From the human T2T-CHM13v2.0 reference genome, Homo sapiens: 64,000 bases of DNA. The stretch lies in assembly GCF_009914755.1 (NCBI RefSeq), contig NC_060925.1, one strand, 5' to 3'. This document shows, piece after piece, positions 43,533 to 56,523 of this stretch (the stretch's first letter is position 1; each line of letters opens with the position of its first letter). The translations under genes were made by a program, and so were the position numbers. The notes under the pieces are model-generated. The model worked only from the letters and a program-made list of their open reading frames with translations, ran no database searches and was not told the DNA's origin.

Positions 43533-43822
43533 GCTGGGCATGGTGGCTCACACCTGTAATCCCAGCCCTTTGGAAGGCTGAGGCGGGCAGATCACGAGGT
43601 CAGGAGATTGAGACCATCCTGGCCAACATGGTGAAACCCCAGTCTTTACTAAAATACAAAAAATTAGCCGGGTGTGGTGGTGCATGCAGGTAGTCCCAGC
43701 TACTCGGGAGGCTGAGGCAGGGAATTGCTTGAACCCAGGAGGTGGAGATTGCAGTGAGTCAAGATTGTGCCAATGCACTCCAACCTGGGGACAGAGCGAG
43801 GCTCCGTCTCAAAAAAAAAAAA
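43533..43822 (+). mobile_element. Alu (AluSc-like)
   Basis: gatcacgaggtcaggagattgagaccatcctggccaac; decayed TSD aaaaatggtgatatt / aaaaatgttgacatt. Confidence 0.9.
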
Positions 43823-43895
43823 TGTTGACATTTATTTCAGATATTTGGCAAAAAACAAAAATAGATGGTATCTTGGCAGTCAAAATGTAAACATA

Positions 43896-44172
43896 GGCCA
43901 GGTGTGGTGGCTCACGCCTGTAATCCCAGCACCTTGGGAGGCCGAGGTGGGTAGATCACGAGGTCAGGAGTTCAAGATCAGCCTGGCCAATGTGGTGATA
44001 CTGCGTCTCTCCTAAAAATACAAAATTAGCTGGACGTGGTAGCAGGCACCTGTAATCCTGGCTACTCAGGAGGCTGAGGCAGGAGAATCACTTGAACCTG
44101 GGCGGTGGAGGTTGCCACTGCACTACAGCCTGGGCGACAGAGTGAGACTCCATCTCAAAAAAAGAAAAAAAA
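43896..44172 (+). mobile_element. Alu (AluSg-like) with a right-arm deletion
   Basis: Alu dimer, A-tail. Confidence 0.9.
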
Positions 44173-45392
44173 TGAAAATGTAGTTTTACATTTCCAGTTA
44201 AACAAATGAACATTGCAGGTCATAAAATTCACTGAATGTTGCAGTAAGCTGGCTCTGGGAAAGATAAACAGAGGCTGCGGTTTGACCTGTGGGCCCCTGC
44301 CCTGCCTTTCATGACACTGCTCTCAGCCTTCAGAAGCCCTGGTGGCCTTGTGGTGTAGCTCTCTTCCTCTAAAAACCTGAGATAAGAAACGTATCTGGCA
44401 TTAGTCATTTACATCTTATTATGGATTTATTATTCAAATGCCCTCTCCCAGGGCCATTTGTATTTTAATTTTTTCTCCAATGTGTGTTAAAAAGTTGTCC
44501 TCTCTAAGACAGCATTTTAGGTTACATTAATCAGGTAGGGTAGGCACGAGAGAGGAGGGCTTTTCAAGTGCCTTGACAATCATTCCACCCACTTACCTAA
44601 GACCCTGCATATTTCAAAACAAATTAAGTTGTCCATGTCGTCAAAAAATGTAGTCTTTAACAGCACTACCCAGAACTGCTGGGTTTTTTTTTTTTTTTTG
44701 GCCAGTGTTAATACTTGTTACACACACCACACACACACACACACACACGGGTACTTTGGTCAAATCTCTAGTATACTGATGAACACTGCAATAAATGGGA
44801 TACAGAACAATATTTCTAAACCATATCTAACCACAGGATATTTTTTTCAATAGCGCCTCCAGGTCTACCGTTCCTCAGAACACGCAAGAGAGACCAGGTC
44901 ATAATCTCCCTTCTGTTCAGTCTCCAGCACCATAAAAGAATAATTTGAAATGCCTTCCTGCTAGAACTCTCATTACTCATTAAAAGACACAGAAAGAAGA
45001 AAATGGTCTCTCAAGACTGGTACTCAGAGTGTCTCAGAGTGCCAGCAAGTGCTTCAGCAAGAGGCATCCCAGACACAGGTAGAAATGCTTGGTGAAGGTA
45101 AGTAGGAAATTTCTTGAGGTTGTTCATAGGAAGGCTCCGCCCTGCACAAATGCAGAAATGTAGGAGACAATAGATGTGATTAACATAAAAACACCACTAA
45201 TATCCAACTAAATGGAAATGGTGAGACAAAAGAAAGCCAACAAATTAGACCAACCAGTCCCCAGCAGTTCATACATCTTATCTTCAGTAGAATTCAAGGA
45301 CTTAGCAGTCTGACTGTTCTATCCTTCTATACTATGGTCAGAGAGTCTATGGTTAGATTGTTTGGTTTAGTCTATAAAGAACCAACCTCAAT

Positions 45393-45775
45393 TTTATTTT
45401 ATTTTTATTTTTTTAAACTTAAAAAAAGAGAGAGCAAGAGACAGGGTCTTGCTATGCTCCCCAGGCTGGTCTTGCATTCCTGGCCTCAAGCAATCCTCCC
45501 TCTCAGCCTCCCACAAGGCTGGTATTACAGGCATTAGCCACTGCACCTGGCCTTTTTTAACTTTTATTTTAGATTTAGAGGGTACATGTGCAGGTTTGTC
45601 ACCTGGGTATATTGCATGATGCTGAGGTTTGAGGTACAAATGATCCCATTACTCAGGTAATAAGCATAATAACCAGTAGTTAGTTTTCTAATCCTTGCTC
45701 TCCTCGTTCACTCCCCCAATAGTCCCCAGTTTCTATTGTTGCCATCTTTATGTCCATAAATTCCAAATGTTTAGC
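45393..45775 (-). mobile_element. Short L1P 3' end with an Alu monomer (FLAM/AluJ, ~45435-45552) in its tail; shared TSD ccaacctcaa
   Basis: Antisense L1PA/PB-type 3' UTR (ggtacatgtgcaggtttgt...); ccaacctcaa(t/c)ttta at 45382 and 45775. Confidence 0.8.
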
Positions 45776-45939
45776 CAACCTCAACTTTAAAATCACACAT
45801 TAAAAAAAAGTGTAGAGTTAAAAAGTTCCAGATGACTCCCTACCATACACCATCATTTTTTGTAATATCCCCTAAAAAGCAAACTAAATTATGTTATTTA
45901 AGGAGTGAAATAATCTAAAATAATAAGTATGTTTAAGTA

Positions 45940-46238
45940 GGCTGGGCGCGGTGGCTCATGCCTGTAATCCCAGCACTTTGGGAGGCCGAGGCGGGCAGAT
46001 CACCTGAGGTCAGGAGTTTGAAACCAGTCTAGCCAACACAGCAAAACCCCATCTCTACTAAGAATACAAAAATTAGCCGGGCGTGGTGGTGCGTGCCTGT
46101 AATCCCAGCTACTCAGGAGGCTGAAGCACAAGAATCACTTGAACCCAGGAGGCAGAGGTTGCAGTGAGCCAAGATCACACCACTGCATTCCAGCCTGAGT
46201 GACAGAGTGAGACTCCGTCTCAAAAAAAAAAAAAAAAA
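45940..46238 (+). mobile_element. Alu (AluS-type), TSD gtatgtttaagta
   Basis: Full dimer with TSD. Confidence 0.95.
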
Positions 46239-46582
46239 GGTATGTTTAAGTAAGGGGGTAAACAAAACTGAGAACAGTGGTTACCTCTGAGATTGAAAGC
46301 TTAGCAGGAGTTGTGTCCAAGGAGAAGCATTATGGGAATATTCTAGTTATTTAATTGGGTAGTGAGTTTAGGTGTGTTCATGTCATTATGCCTTATAACT
46401 TAGTATATACCCCATGTGTACTACAGTTTTTATTATGCAATGTTTGATATATGCAAAAGAATATATTAACATAAATAATGTAATGTGACATATATAATCT
46501 TTTGTAACTAAAAAATATTTTTTAACCAAACTGAAAGTCCCTCAGGGCTAAAGGAGAGACTGTGTTCCAAGGAACACATTTA

Positions 46583-47003
<421 letters not shown>

Positions 47004-48873
47004 TCAGAGGTACAAGGGGAACACAAGCCCCTCTCCTTCCAGTCCTTTGAGCACAACCAAGACAGGGTAGCATTTTCTAAAAGCTGTTCTACAAAGTGGG
47101 AGCAAATGAGAAAGATACAATCACAGAAAGGCAAACGGCTTCTTGGTGTGGCATGCTGGGCCCTAATGGCTGAGTTAGTTCTGCCCTCAGAAGTATACCT
47201 TCTCTCCCTCCCTCCTTCTCCCCCTTATTTTCATCCTCCAGTGATACTACATGGCTGGGGGTCCCCTGCTGCTCCATGCCCCTAGCCCTTTAGCCATGCT
47301 CTCTCTTCTGCCTGGGAAGCCCTCCCCACCTTTCTCTATCTTGCCATTTCTTGTTCATCTTGCACCATTCAACTCAGGCCCCCTCTCCCAGGAAGGCTTC
47401 TTGGAACCCTGGGACTGGGCAAAGAACCCGCATCAGCCTGCCTCATCATTAACCCTCAACTGAGCTTGACCTCGCTGGAGTGGGCAAATATTCCTTCTTG
47501 GTGTTCGTGCCCCTTGAGTTGGCCCAAGTCCTGGCACAAAGCAAGTGCTGAGTCAATCCCTGTTGAATAAAGATAGGCTAAAATTAATCAAGGTTCCCCC
47601 AGAGACCAGATTTCTAATCCAAAGATTTCAAGGAGAAAAGAAGGTCTTCTGAGGCTGAAACTTCCTCATCCTGAAATGACCAGGATCCAGATTTAAAGAG
47701 CTGGGAGTCCTTTGCACACACACCTTGCTTGGTTTCCTTCCCCCCACCTCCCTCCCTGTCTCAGCCAAGTGCTCCCCAGTGCCTCCTTATCTATCCAGTA
47801 TATCTTGGGCCATTTCTGGACCAAGTACAAAGACCCAAGACCTCTTGCATCCTTCATCTCATCTCTGGCTTCCAGTCTGAGGTATAAGCCCCCATGGCTG
47901 ACAGGAAAGGCAAGATGGGGAAGGATCTGGTCCTTCTGAGTCAGTGATCCTGCCCGCACTGGAGCCTCTGATAACTGACTCTTGTAAGGTGAGCCCCTTC
48001 TTAGTCTGGGACGAGAAATTGCTCCATCAGAGTCTAACATCATGGTATTTTATCCAGAGGGCATCAGGCCCAAAGCATGGTGGGAACTCAGCCACAGGAG
48101 CTGATGAGGAGGGTAAGGAAGCCTGGGAAAAGTGGGATGAAGGGTGGGAAGTTCTGGCCTTTCTTAGTGCTGGCCCCAAAGTACAGTGTCAATAAGATTC
48201 ACAGGCTGAAGCTTAGGTCAAGCTTCAGTCTGCATCTGGGAGACCTGCCCCAAAGAGGTAATAGTCAGACACTTGAAAGCAAAGCAGGCAACCTGAGTGG
48301 CCCTAACTGCATCTTTGTGTGACCAGATTGGGACAGAAGCAAGATCTCAACATCTTCAGAGAGCACCTAGAAGTTTTAGAAAAAGGTGCCAAAGGCCTTT
48401 GGAAGAGATGCAGATTAGAATATAAGACAAACATGAAAATCATGAGAAAGTTAGGAACAGATGGGCAGGAGGGGAATGTGAGGTATAGGATGAAGAAACA
48501 CACAGAGAAGAGGAAAAACTGTTAAGGCCAAAGTGCTACAGAAGCTCCAGGGGCCTGCATGGGGTTGGAGTGAAGAGATTGAGGGTGGGAAACTGTGAGA
48601 GCTTGGCACCTTAGCTGAGCCAATAGATCTGGAGATACAATGATCCTAAGGCTAAGTAATGATGTTGCCTCAGTGAGGAATAGAGAGGGTCAGGCATGAG
48701 TGCCCAAGCTGTGGGAGGTAGAGGGGAGTAAAAAAAAAAAGGCAGAAACAAAAGAAACAAGGTAGGTATGTTCAAGAGCAGGTGCATCCATACAGAAGTG
48801 TTAAGCATGTCTACTTCCCAAGTGGAAGCTCAGGAGGTGGCATGCATTGTCATCATCTGTGGGAGTACAGTCA

Positions 48874-49336
48874 GGGTGGTGGGAAAAATTGTAGAGGAAA
48901 AATTATAAAGATAGTTATAGAAAATAAACACAAACCCTCCTGGAAGGCTGGGGGGTTTGCATGGCTTCAGTACCAGATTTGGCTGAAGGCAGCCTAATCC
49001 TCTTTACCTTTAGTTGATAGCAAAAAAGCAAACAACAAGGGAATGTGTGGAGTTGAAATAGCTTGTTTACTCTCGTGGTCCTAAGACCAAACTGATCAAC
49101 CTCAGGTGCATAATTGCTCTCTGCTGGGGGGTGGGGGGGTCGGCAATGTTAATTACCCTCTAGTGGTGTTTACTCAAGACCTTTGTCATTTAATCTGTAC
49201 TAAATAAATGCAAACTTTGCCAGCTTATGGGGCAATGCTCCAGACTCAGAACAGAGCCCCTTAGCTGGACTGACAGCTGTGTTAGTGTATGTCTCTCATT
49301 CGTTGCTGGGTCAGGGTCTGCAGGTCGGACCCTACA
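48874..49336 (+). mobile_element. Solo ERV1 LTR (LTR15-like), TSD GTCA
   Basis: LTR-like composition with AATAAA at ~49203; ends gggtcagggtctgcaggtcggaccctaCA; GTCA at 48870-48873 and 49337-49340. Confidence 0.7.
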
Positions 49337-51464
49337 GTCATCGTGTGTGTCTGTGTGTAAAGTTAGAAAAATAACAAAAGTAGAGAAAATAGTTTAATGA
49401 ACCCCCAGCAATTTAACGAAGTTTAATGAACTTCAGCAATTATCAATGGATAGTCAATCTTGTTTCCCCATACCTCCAACCATTCTCCTTTGCCCTGGAT
49501 TTTTTAAAAAGCAAATCCCAGAGAGCATATCATTTTTGGTATGTAAATCTAAAAGATAAAGACTCCCTTATTTTAGACTTAGCCCCAGTGCCATCATCAG
49601 ACCCCCAAATTCTTTAATATAAATTAGTTAATATCATCAAACATCCAATCACTGCTTACATTTCCTACAGTGTCCTCTAAATGATCTTTCATTTTTTCAT
49701 TTGGTTTAATCTGGATCTAAACAATGTCCACACATTGTAATTAGTTAAAATATTGGTTTCCTTTAATCTGTAGGTTTTCCACATACTCTTTTCTTTCTTG
49801 TTATCTTTTTGCTGTTGTGGTGGAGATTGTTGTCAAAACACAATGTCAAAATCGATTTTCCCATTCTTGATTTTGCCGGTGGCATCCCTGAGATGTCATT
49901 TGACTTGTTCCTCTATTTCCTATATTTATAGTAAAGTTGGTAGTCAGATTCCACTGGATTTTTCTGGCATGACAATTTCACAGGCAGCGATACGTTCTTC
50001 CCTGGGAGGAGGTTGATGGCTGACTGCCCCTCTTTTATGATGTTTGGAAAACTGTGATATCCTAATTCTTTTATTCCTTCTGCTTCTATAAGCCACAATA
50101 TGTCTATTAAGAGAAACTTCCCTCATTGATTATTTGATTACCCTTAAGTATTGTTCGTATAAGAGAGGTAGAATATGTGTTTGATTCTTTCCCTTTAAGT
50201 TTTTGAAATGAGTTGGTCCCTAGAATTTTCTAGAGGCAATCAATAAGGATTTATTTTCATTTGGTATTATTGAGAATTTATGAATATAGACATATTCAAT
50301 GTATTTCAAGGATGGGATATTTACAAGGGTTTTAGGGTCTGGCATAAGATGGGTTTTTCAAGGCAGGGATGCTGATTTAATTGGCCAGTTTGTTATATAA
50401 TAAGTTGAGAACTGGCGAGCACAATGAAGGGTAGGAAGTTGAAGCGAGTTTTGAAGGGCACAGTCATGTGGTAACCCAGTTGAGTGATCTACGTATTATC
50501 CTGATGACAGCTATTAACCATTAGAGCCTATTGCTCTAATAGGTTTTTAGGAAATTCCTAAAACTGGATTTTTTAAAAACAAATAATAAATTTATCTGAA
50601 ATGACATCTTAGTTCACAAGTGTAATAATAGTTCTTTCTTCCTTTTCTTTTTCTCCAGTACAATCTTTACTTGGTTTTGGTATCAGGTTGATGCTGGCCT
50701 CATAAAATGACCAGAGCAAATTTTGCTCTATTTCTATTTCTGGAGCAACTTGTATGTTATAGAAATTAACTGTTTCTTAAAAGTCCCTTAAAAGCCTCTA
50801 GATCTGAGTTGGGGTGGGGGGAGTTTAGGAGAGATATTTGGCTGCCATTTCAATTTACCAAACATTTAGTGGTTTATTCAAATTCTCTATTTCTTCTTAT
50901 ATCAATTATGGCATTTTACATTTTTAGGAACATAACCATTTTATTTAGGTTTACGTATATTAGGGTTCATAACACTTTTTAAATGTTTTAATATATTTTG
51001 TTATTTCCTCCATTATTCTGTCTTATTTTGAGTCTTTCCTCTTTTTTCCTGATCAGTCTTGCCAAAGTTTGGTCTTTTAATCTTTTCCATGGGACTGACT
51101 TCTGTTTTATTCATCTTTTCTACTTTTCTCTGTGTCACTGATTTCTGCCCATATCTTTATTATTGCCTTTCTTCTTGTTTCACTGTGTATGCTGTTGCTT
51201 CTTGTGTTGAATGCTTAGCTACTTTATTTTTAACCTTTTGTTTCCTGATAGATATAACCCATACAGTTCCATCTAACTGGTGTTTTAGCTGTGTCCCAAT
51301 TTGACATGTAGAATTTTTATTAACATTCAATTTTAAATATTTCTTAATTTCCTTTATGACTCAAGGATGTTGTCTAGTAAGATGTTTTTTGGTTTCCAAA
51401 TGAGGTTTGGGTAGTTTTTGGTTTCTGTTTGTTTGTGGGTTTTGTTTGTTTTTTGCTATTCTGC

Positions 51465-51876
51465 TGATATGGTTTGGGTCTGTGTCTCCACCCAAATTTC
51501 ATGTCAAATTGTAATCCCCAGTATTGAAAGCTGGGCTTGGTGGGAGGTGATTGGATCATAGGGGCTGAGTTCTCATGAATGGGTTAGCACCATCCCCTCA
51601 GTGCTATTTTCATAATAGTGAGTTATTGTGGGATCTGGTCATTTAAAAGTATGTTGCACCTTCCCCATGTCTCTCTCCTGCTCCAGCCATGTAAGACATG
51701 CCTGCTTCCCCTTCGCCTTCCACCATGAATGTAAGTTTCCTGAGGCCTCCCAAGAAGCAGAAGCCACTAAACTTCCTGTATAGCATGCAGAACTGTGAGC
51801 CAATTAAAACTCTTTTCTTTATAAATTACCCAGTCTCGGGTATTTCTTTATAGTAATGCAAGAATGAACTAATACA
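51465..51876 (+). mobile_element. MaLR solo LTR (MSTA-like), TSD TCTGC
   Basis: TGATATGGTTTGG...aactaatACA; TCTGC at 51460-51464 and 51877-51881. Confidence 0.9.
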
Positions 51877-51881
51877 TCTGC

Positions 51882-52696
51882 TGTATTATTTATTGTATGT
51901 GAAAAATTACCACATATGTAGTGACTTAAAACAACATGCATTTATTATCTTATAGTTTCTGTTGGTCAGGAGTCTGGGCACAATCTAACTGGGTTCTCTT
52001 TCTTTTGTAATGTCATGTAATCATGGGAATGACTTTCCATCACATTTACCGTGTATTTTTGGTGTATTAGGGGTCTTCAGAGAAGCAGAACCAATAGGAT
52101 GGATGGATGGATGATTGATAGATAAGATAGACAGACTGATAGATATTATAAAGAGATTTATTATAATGAATTGACTCTCATGGGATTATGGAGGCTGGCA
52201 AGTCCAAAATCTGCAAAACCAGTGTTCTAATTTAAGTCCAAAGGCTAGAAGCTGCTGTAGAACAAGGAAATGTCAATGTTCCAGTTCAAGTCCAAAGACC
52301 ACTAGGATGCTGTAGACAGACAGCCAATATCCCAGTTCTAAGGCCATCAGGCAGGAAAATCCTCTTACTAGGTGGGTGGAGTCAGCCTTTTGTTCTATTC
52401 AGGCCTTCAACTGATTGGATGAGGCCCACATACATTAGGGAGGGAAAGCTGCTTTACTCAGTCCACCAATTTAAATGCTAATCTCATCCAGAAACACACT
52501 CACAGAAATACCCAGAATAATGTTTGACCAAATATCTGGATACCCTATGGCTGACCTATTCAAAATAATACATAAAATTAACCATCATAATTGGTTGAAA
52601 GGTACAGGTCCCACCCATATCTGAAGAAGGGAACTACATAAGGGTGTAAACACCAGGAGGTGGAAATCATAGGGGCCTTAAAATCTGTCCACCACA
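51882..52696 (-). mobile_element. MLT1 LTR split by a nested MLT2 LTR (52063-52589)
   Basis: MLT1 motifs (gacttaaaacaac..tttattatctt..agtttctg; ggtcccaccca..ggtgtaaacaccaggagg); MLT2 tgtattagggg..cagagaagcagaaccaatagg ... cataaaattaaccatca; flanks tttgg/attgg. Confidence 0.8.
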
Positions 52697-52699
52697 CAT

Positions 52700-55400
52700 A
52701 CTGTTATTCATTACTTCTAATTTTATTGCACTGTGAAATTTATTGAGCCTCCCTTTAAGATCTAATACACAGTTTATGTTTTTACTTTAATGTTTCACAT
52801 GTACCTGAAAAGAGAAAGGACATGTATTCACTGTTTGATGGAAACGTATATGAGTTATAAATATCTAATGGCTCAAGTTTATTAATTAAATTGTACAGAC
52901 CTTGTATATTTGTTTTCTGTGTGTATGTGTGTTGGGAGAGGAGAGGAAGTATCTACTGTCTACTTGATCTATTGGATACTGAGAGGAGCCAGTTAAAAAT
53001 CTCCAACTATAATTCTGATTTATCTGTTTCTGCCTAAATTTCTGTTAGCTGCTGCTTAATAAATATTAAAGCTGTATTGTTGGGCACATTTATGACCTCC
53101 CTTATGAACTTTCTATCTTAAGTTTTATTTTGTCAGGTTTTAAAATTACTACATGAGCTTTCTTTGGTTCACATTTGCACTATATCCTTTTCAAGCCTTT
53201 TAACCTTTTAGTGTCTGTTTTACACAAGTTTCTTGTAGAAAACATATTGCTGAATCCCTTGCTTTCATTCAATTTGAAAGACTGTTTTTCTTAATTGGTT
53301 AGTTTAAGCCACTTACATTTATTGTAATTGCTGCTCTATTTAGGAGGCAGCATAGAATAGCTCTAAGTATGGTTCTAAGTATGGGTTCTAGATCCAGACC
53401 ACCTGGGTTCAGGCCTTCGTTCTGCCACTTTCTAGCAAGTTAGTTAATCTCAGTTTCATCATCTATAAAATGAGGATGATGAAAGTAATAGTACCTTCCT
53501 CATAAGGTTATTATGAGGATCAAATAAGAAACACCCAGAAAAGTATCTGGAACATATTAGGTACACTGAAAGTAAAAATTATTATTAGTAATTTTATTTC
53601 TGCTATCAAATTTCATATATTCTAATTATTGCACTTTCTTTTTATTCCTTTTTCCTCTGCTCTCTTGCCTTTCATTTGATAAAATTTTCTTCCACTGCTT
53701 TAAAAGTTACATGTTTTATTCTTTTTTAACGGTAGTTACCCTTAAGACCTACATTCACAAATATTTATCCCTATTGATTTATTAAAGTTAACAATTTTTT
53801 TCGTCTTCCTCCCATATGATAGTAATTTAACCCAGTACTACTCTAAGTACTCTAAGTAGTACTGGGTTACTTATCTCATCCATTCCAGAATGAGATTTGA
53901 GCCCACATGTAAATCAACACACAGCTTCCTTCATTGAGAAAGTCTTGCTACGAAAGTGTCAGCTGAATCAAAGAGTTTGCTTATGACATAGCTGATATGC
54001 ATTCTGGTACAAGCTCCTTATCTCTTAGAGAACAATTAAGTTTTGTGAACCACCCTTTGAATGGCACTATTTTAGATCACTGTCCTATCATTTTGGCCTC
54101 TCATTCCTGAGCCCCACACCCCTCACAATATTGATATTGTCTATAATTTTAGGTCTGAATCATTATAAATACACTGTTCTTTGTTTTTAGACTTTTGAAA
54201 AGAGTTTTTGTAAGTCAGGTTTAATGAAATACAGTTTACATACAATAAAATTCACCTTTTCTAGTGTACAGTTCTACAAATTTTGACAAACAGATACCAC
54301 TGGGTCATCAGTACCATTCTCAAGATAATGGAATATTTCCATCACTTCAGAAAGTTTCTCCAGATTCCCTTCACCCCCAGCACCTGACAACCATTGATCT
54401 ATTTTCTGCCTTTTCCAGAATGTCACATAAATGGAATCATAGAGTAGCTTATTATATCTGACTTTTTTTCACTTAACATGCATTTGAGATCATCCATGTT
54501 TTTGCATATGTAAGAAGTCTGTTCCTTCTTAATGCTTAGTTGTATTTCATTGTATAGATGCATCACAGTTATGTATAGCCACCCACCAGTTCCTGGACAC
54601 TTGGGTGGTTTCTGGTCTTTTTTCTAACACAACAATAAATTCAGCCTAAATATTTGGCCACTCTCATGCTATATCTATTGTATCATCTCCTGAATTTGTT
54701 TCTCTTCTTGTTTGATTACGTCCTCCAAGAATGTCATTCAAATGAATCTTTCATAAGAATATTTTTATTATTAATACATTCTCACATTCTAATGACAATA
54801 TGGCTTAATAGAAAATAAGTTCAAAGTTATGCTTTTAAATACTTACATATAGAAACATTTTGCTTGAGATAAACCTTTTCAATCTGAAGGTTTTTTTCTA
54901 CCTTGAAATTTATCTCCATTATATCTTCAAATATTTCCCCTTCTCTGTTTTTATATTTCTTCCTTTCTGTTCTAGTTTTACCCTAGATATAAGCTAGAAA
55001 ATTTACAAATAAGCTAACTTGTTTTTTAAAACATTTTCTACTGCTTCTGGAGGTTTGCTGAAAGTGCTCTTCCAATTACTAATTCATCGTCAGCTGCATC
55101 TTTTAGACTATTGCACATTACTAATACGTAGCATCAATATTCATTCTAATTATTATTTTTATGCTTAATATGTTTTAGTTTCATATTTTTTCCTGATTCA
55201 TATTGCTAATATCATAACTCATTTTAAATAAATTTATCATGCTTATTTAAAAATCTTGGTCCATCTGCTCTACTGATCAGTTTCAGATGGCATATGTTAT
55301 TCAGTTGTGGTCTTTTAACAGTAGTTGCACTCCTCCAGTGTCTAATTCTTTGTCCTATGAATTCATGTTCCCCTGGGGTTTCACCTACTCTGTCTGATAA
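52700..55400 (-). mobile_element. Old antisense L1M fragments with an embedded MIR (~53340-53590)
   Basis: T-rich degenerate L1 sequence; L1MB/MC-type 3' end at ~54210-54620; boundaries approximate. Confidence 0.55.
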
Positions 55401-55852
55401 ACATGCATCCAGGAAGGCCCAGTGAGTTTGCAGTGGGAGGGTGGTGTGAGCCCAGAAGGAAATCGCTGGCACCAGAGAACCACTGTCTATCATTCCCAGT
55501 TTCTCCCACTTACCCAGATCTTTCCTCCAGTCAGGTTTCTACCCTTAGGGAGAAGCAGCACCTAAAGGAAGCAATTAACCTAGCAACCCTAAGGGTGGCA
55601 GGGGGAAGGGTAGAGGCTTGATTGAGAGGAGGTGGGGGGAGGTCGGCCTGCAGTTTTTTTTGTTTTTCGTTTTTTAAATTCCTCACCCCAACAGTGCTTT
55701 TGCGCTGGTCTGACACTACCTGGAAAACTATGCCACCAGTCGCTTCAGTGGACACTACCATTTCAATTGCGAAGTCAGGCAATGATTGTCCTAAGGCAAG
55801 GTGGGAGAGAAGTCAGAGTAAACCACCTCGAGAGCGCCGGTCTCCCGGAGTG

Positions 55853-56010
55853 TCTGGGTTCGACTCCTGCCTCCACAACTTACTGGGTCTCCTCGAACAA
55901 GTTGCATCACCAATGGCCGTGCCTCAGTTTCCCTCCTCCGTAGATTAGGAATAACAATAGCAGTGAGAACAGAATCCAGCACACAGTAAATGCTGCTTAC
56001 CTGTTTGCTA
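55853..56010 (+). mobile_element. MIR SINE at the CpG-island edge
   Basis: ctgggttcgactcc...gtgcctcagtttccctc...gcacacagtaaatgct. Confidence 0.7.
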
Positions 56011-56330
56011 TGTGGAATACGCCACTACACTGTTGCTCGGCCCTCAGGAAGGGTCTGCTGAGACTTTCTACTTCCTGCTCAGGGCAGAGGCCGACCACCC
56101 GCCCAAGGTCGTGGCGGCGCCGGCTCAGCTTTAGTCGTCAAAGTGCACATCCTGGGAGCCGCTGCCTCGAGGTGGTTGAGGCGAGAGGGCAGGGAAGCGT
56201 CTGAGCCTCTTCCTCCCACCAGAGCAGGACCCCAGCTGACAGCGGGTGAGCTGGGCAGAAACCCATGCCGGGAAGAGGCGGACCCAGTGGACCGCAGCGC
56301 CCGCAGTCGCCGGGCCAGGCGCAGAGGCGA
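56001..56330 (-). ncRNA. SLC44A3-AS1: Probable first exon of a divergent antisense lncRNA (SLC44A3-AS1/LINC01057)
   Basis: Consensus minus-strand donor CAG|GTAAGC at 56003-55995 just outside the CpG island; lncRNA identity is from recall and the transcription start is approximate. Confidence 0.5.
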
Positions 56331-56362
56331 ACGGGAGGCGGCGCTGCACCGTGCCCGCCCCT

Positions 56363-56421
56363 CCCCGGCCCGGCCCCGGCTCCAGCCCCAGCCCCAGCCC
56401 CAGCCCCGGCCCCGGCCCCGG
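56363..56421. repeat. GC-rich hexamer array (CCCCGG/CCCCAG), 10 units
   Basis: ccccgg cccgg ccccgg ctccag (ccccag)3 (ccccgg)3. Confidence 0.9.
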
Positions 56422-56496
56422 CTCGCGGGCGCTGCGTCTCCGCGTACAGGAGGCGGCGGCGGCTCCCAGTCACCGGCCCCCGCCGGCGAGCGCACG

Positions 56497-56523
56497 ATGC
56501 ACTGCCTGGGCGCCGAGTACCTG
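56497..56523 (+). CDS. SLC44A3: SLC44A3 coding exon 1 (MHCLGAEYL)
   Basis: ATG with A at -3 inside the CpG island; donor CTG|GTAAGC; phase 0; matches the recalled CTL3 N-terminus. Confidence 0.9.

Noticed and set aside
42120-45045. Identical 17-mer gtgtctcagagtgccag at 42120 and 45029
   Set aside because: No extension beyond 17 bp; about 0.1 such matches are expected by chance in 64 kb
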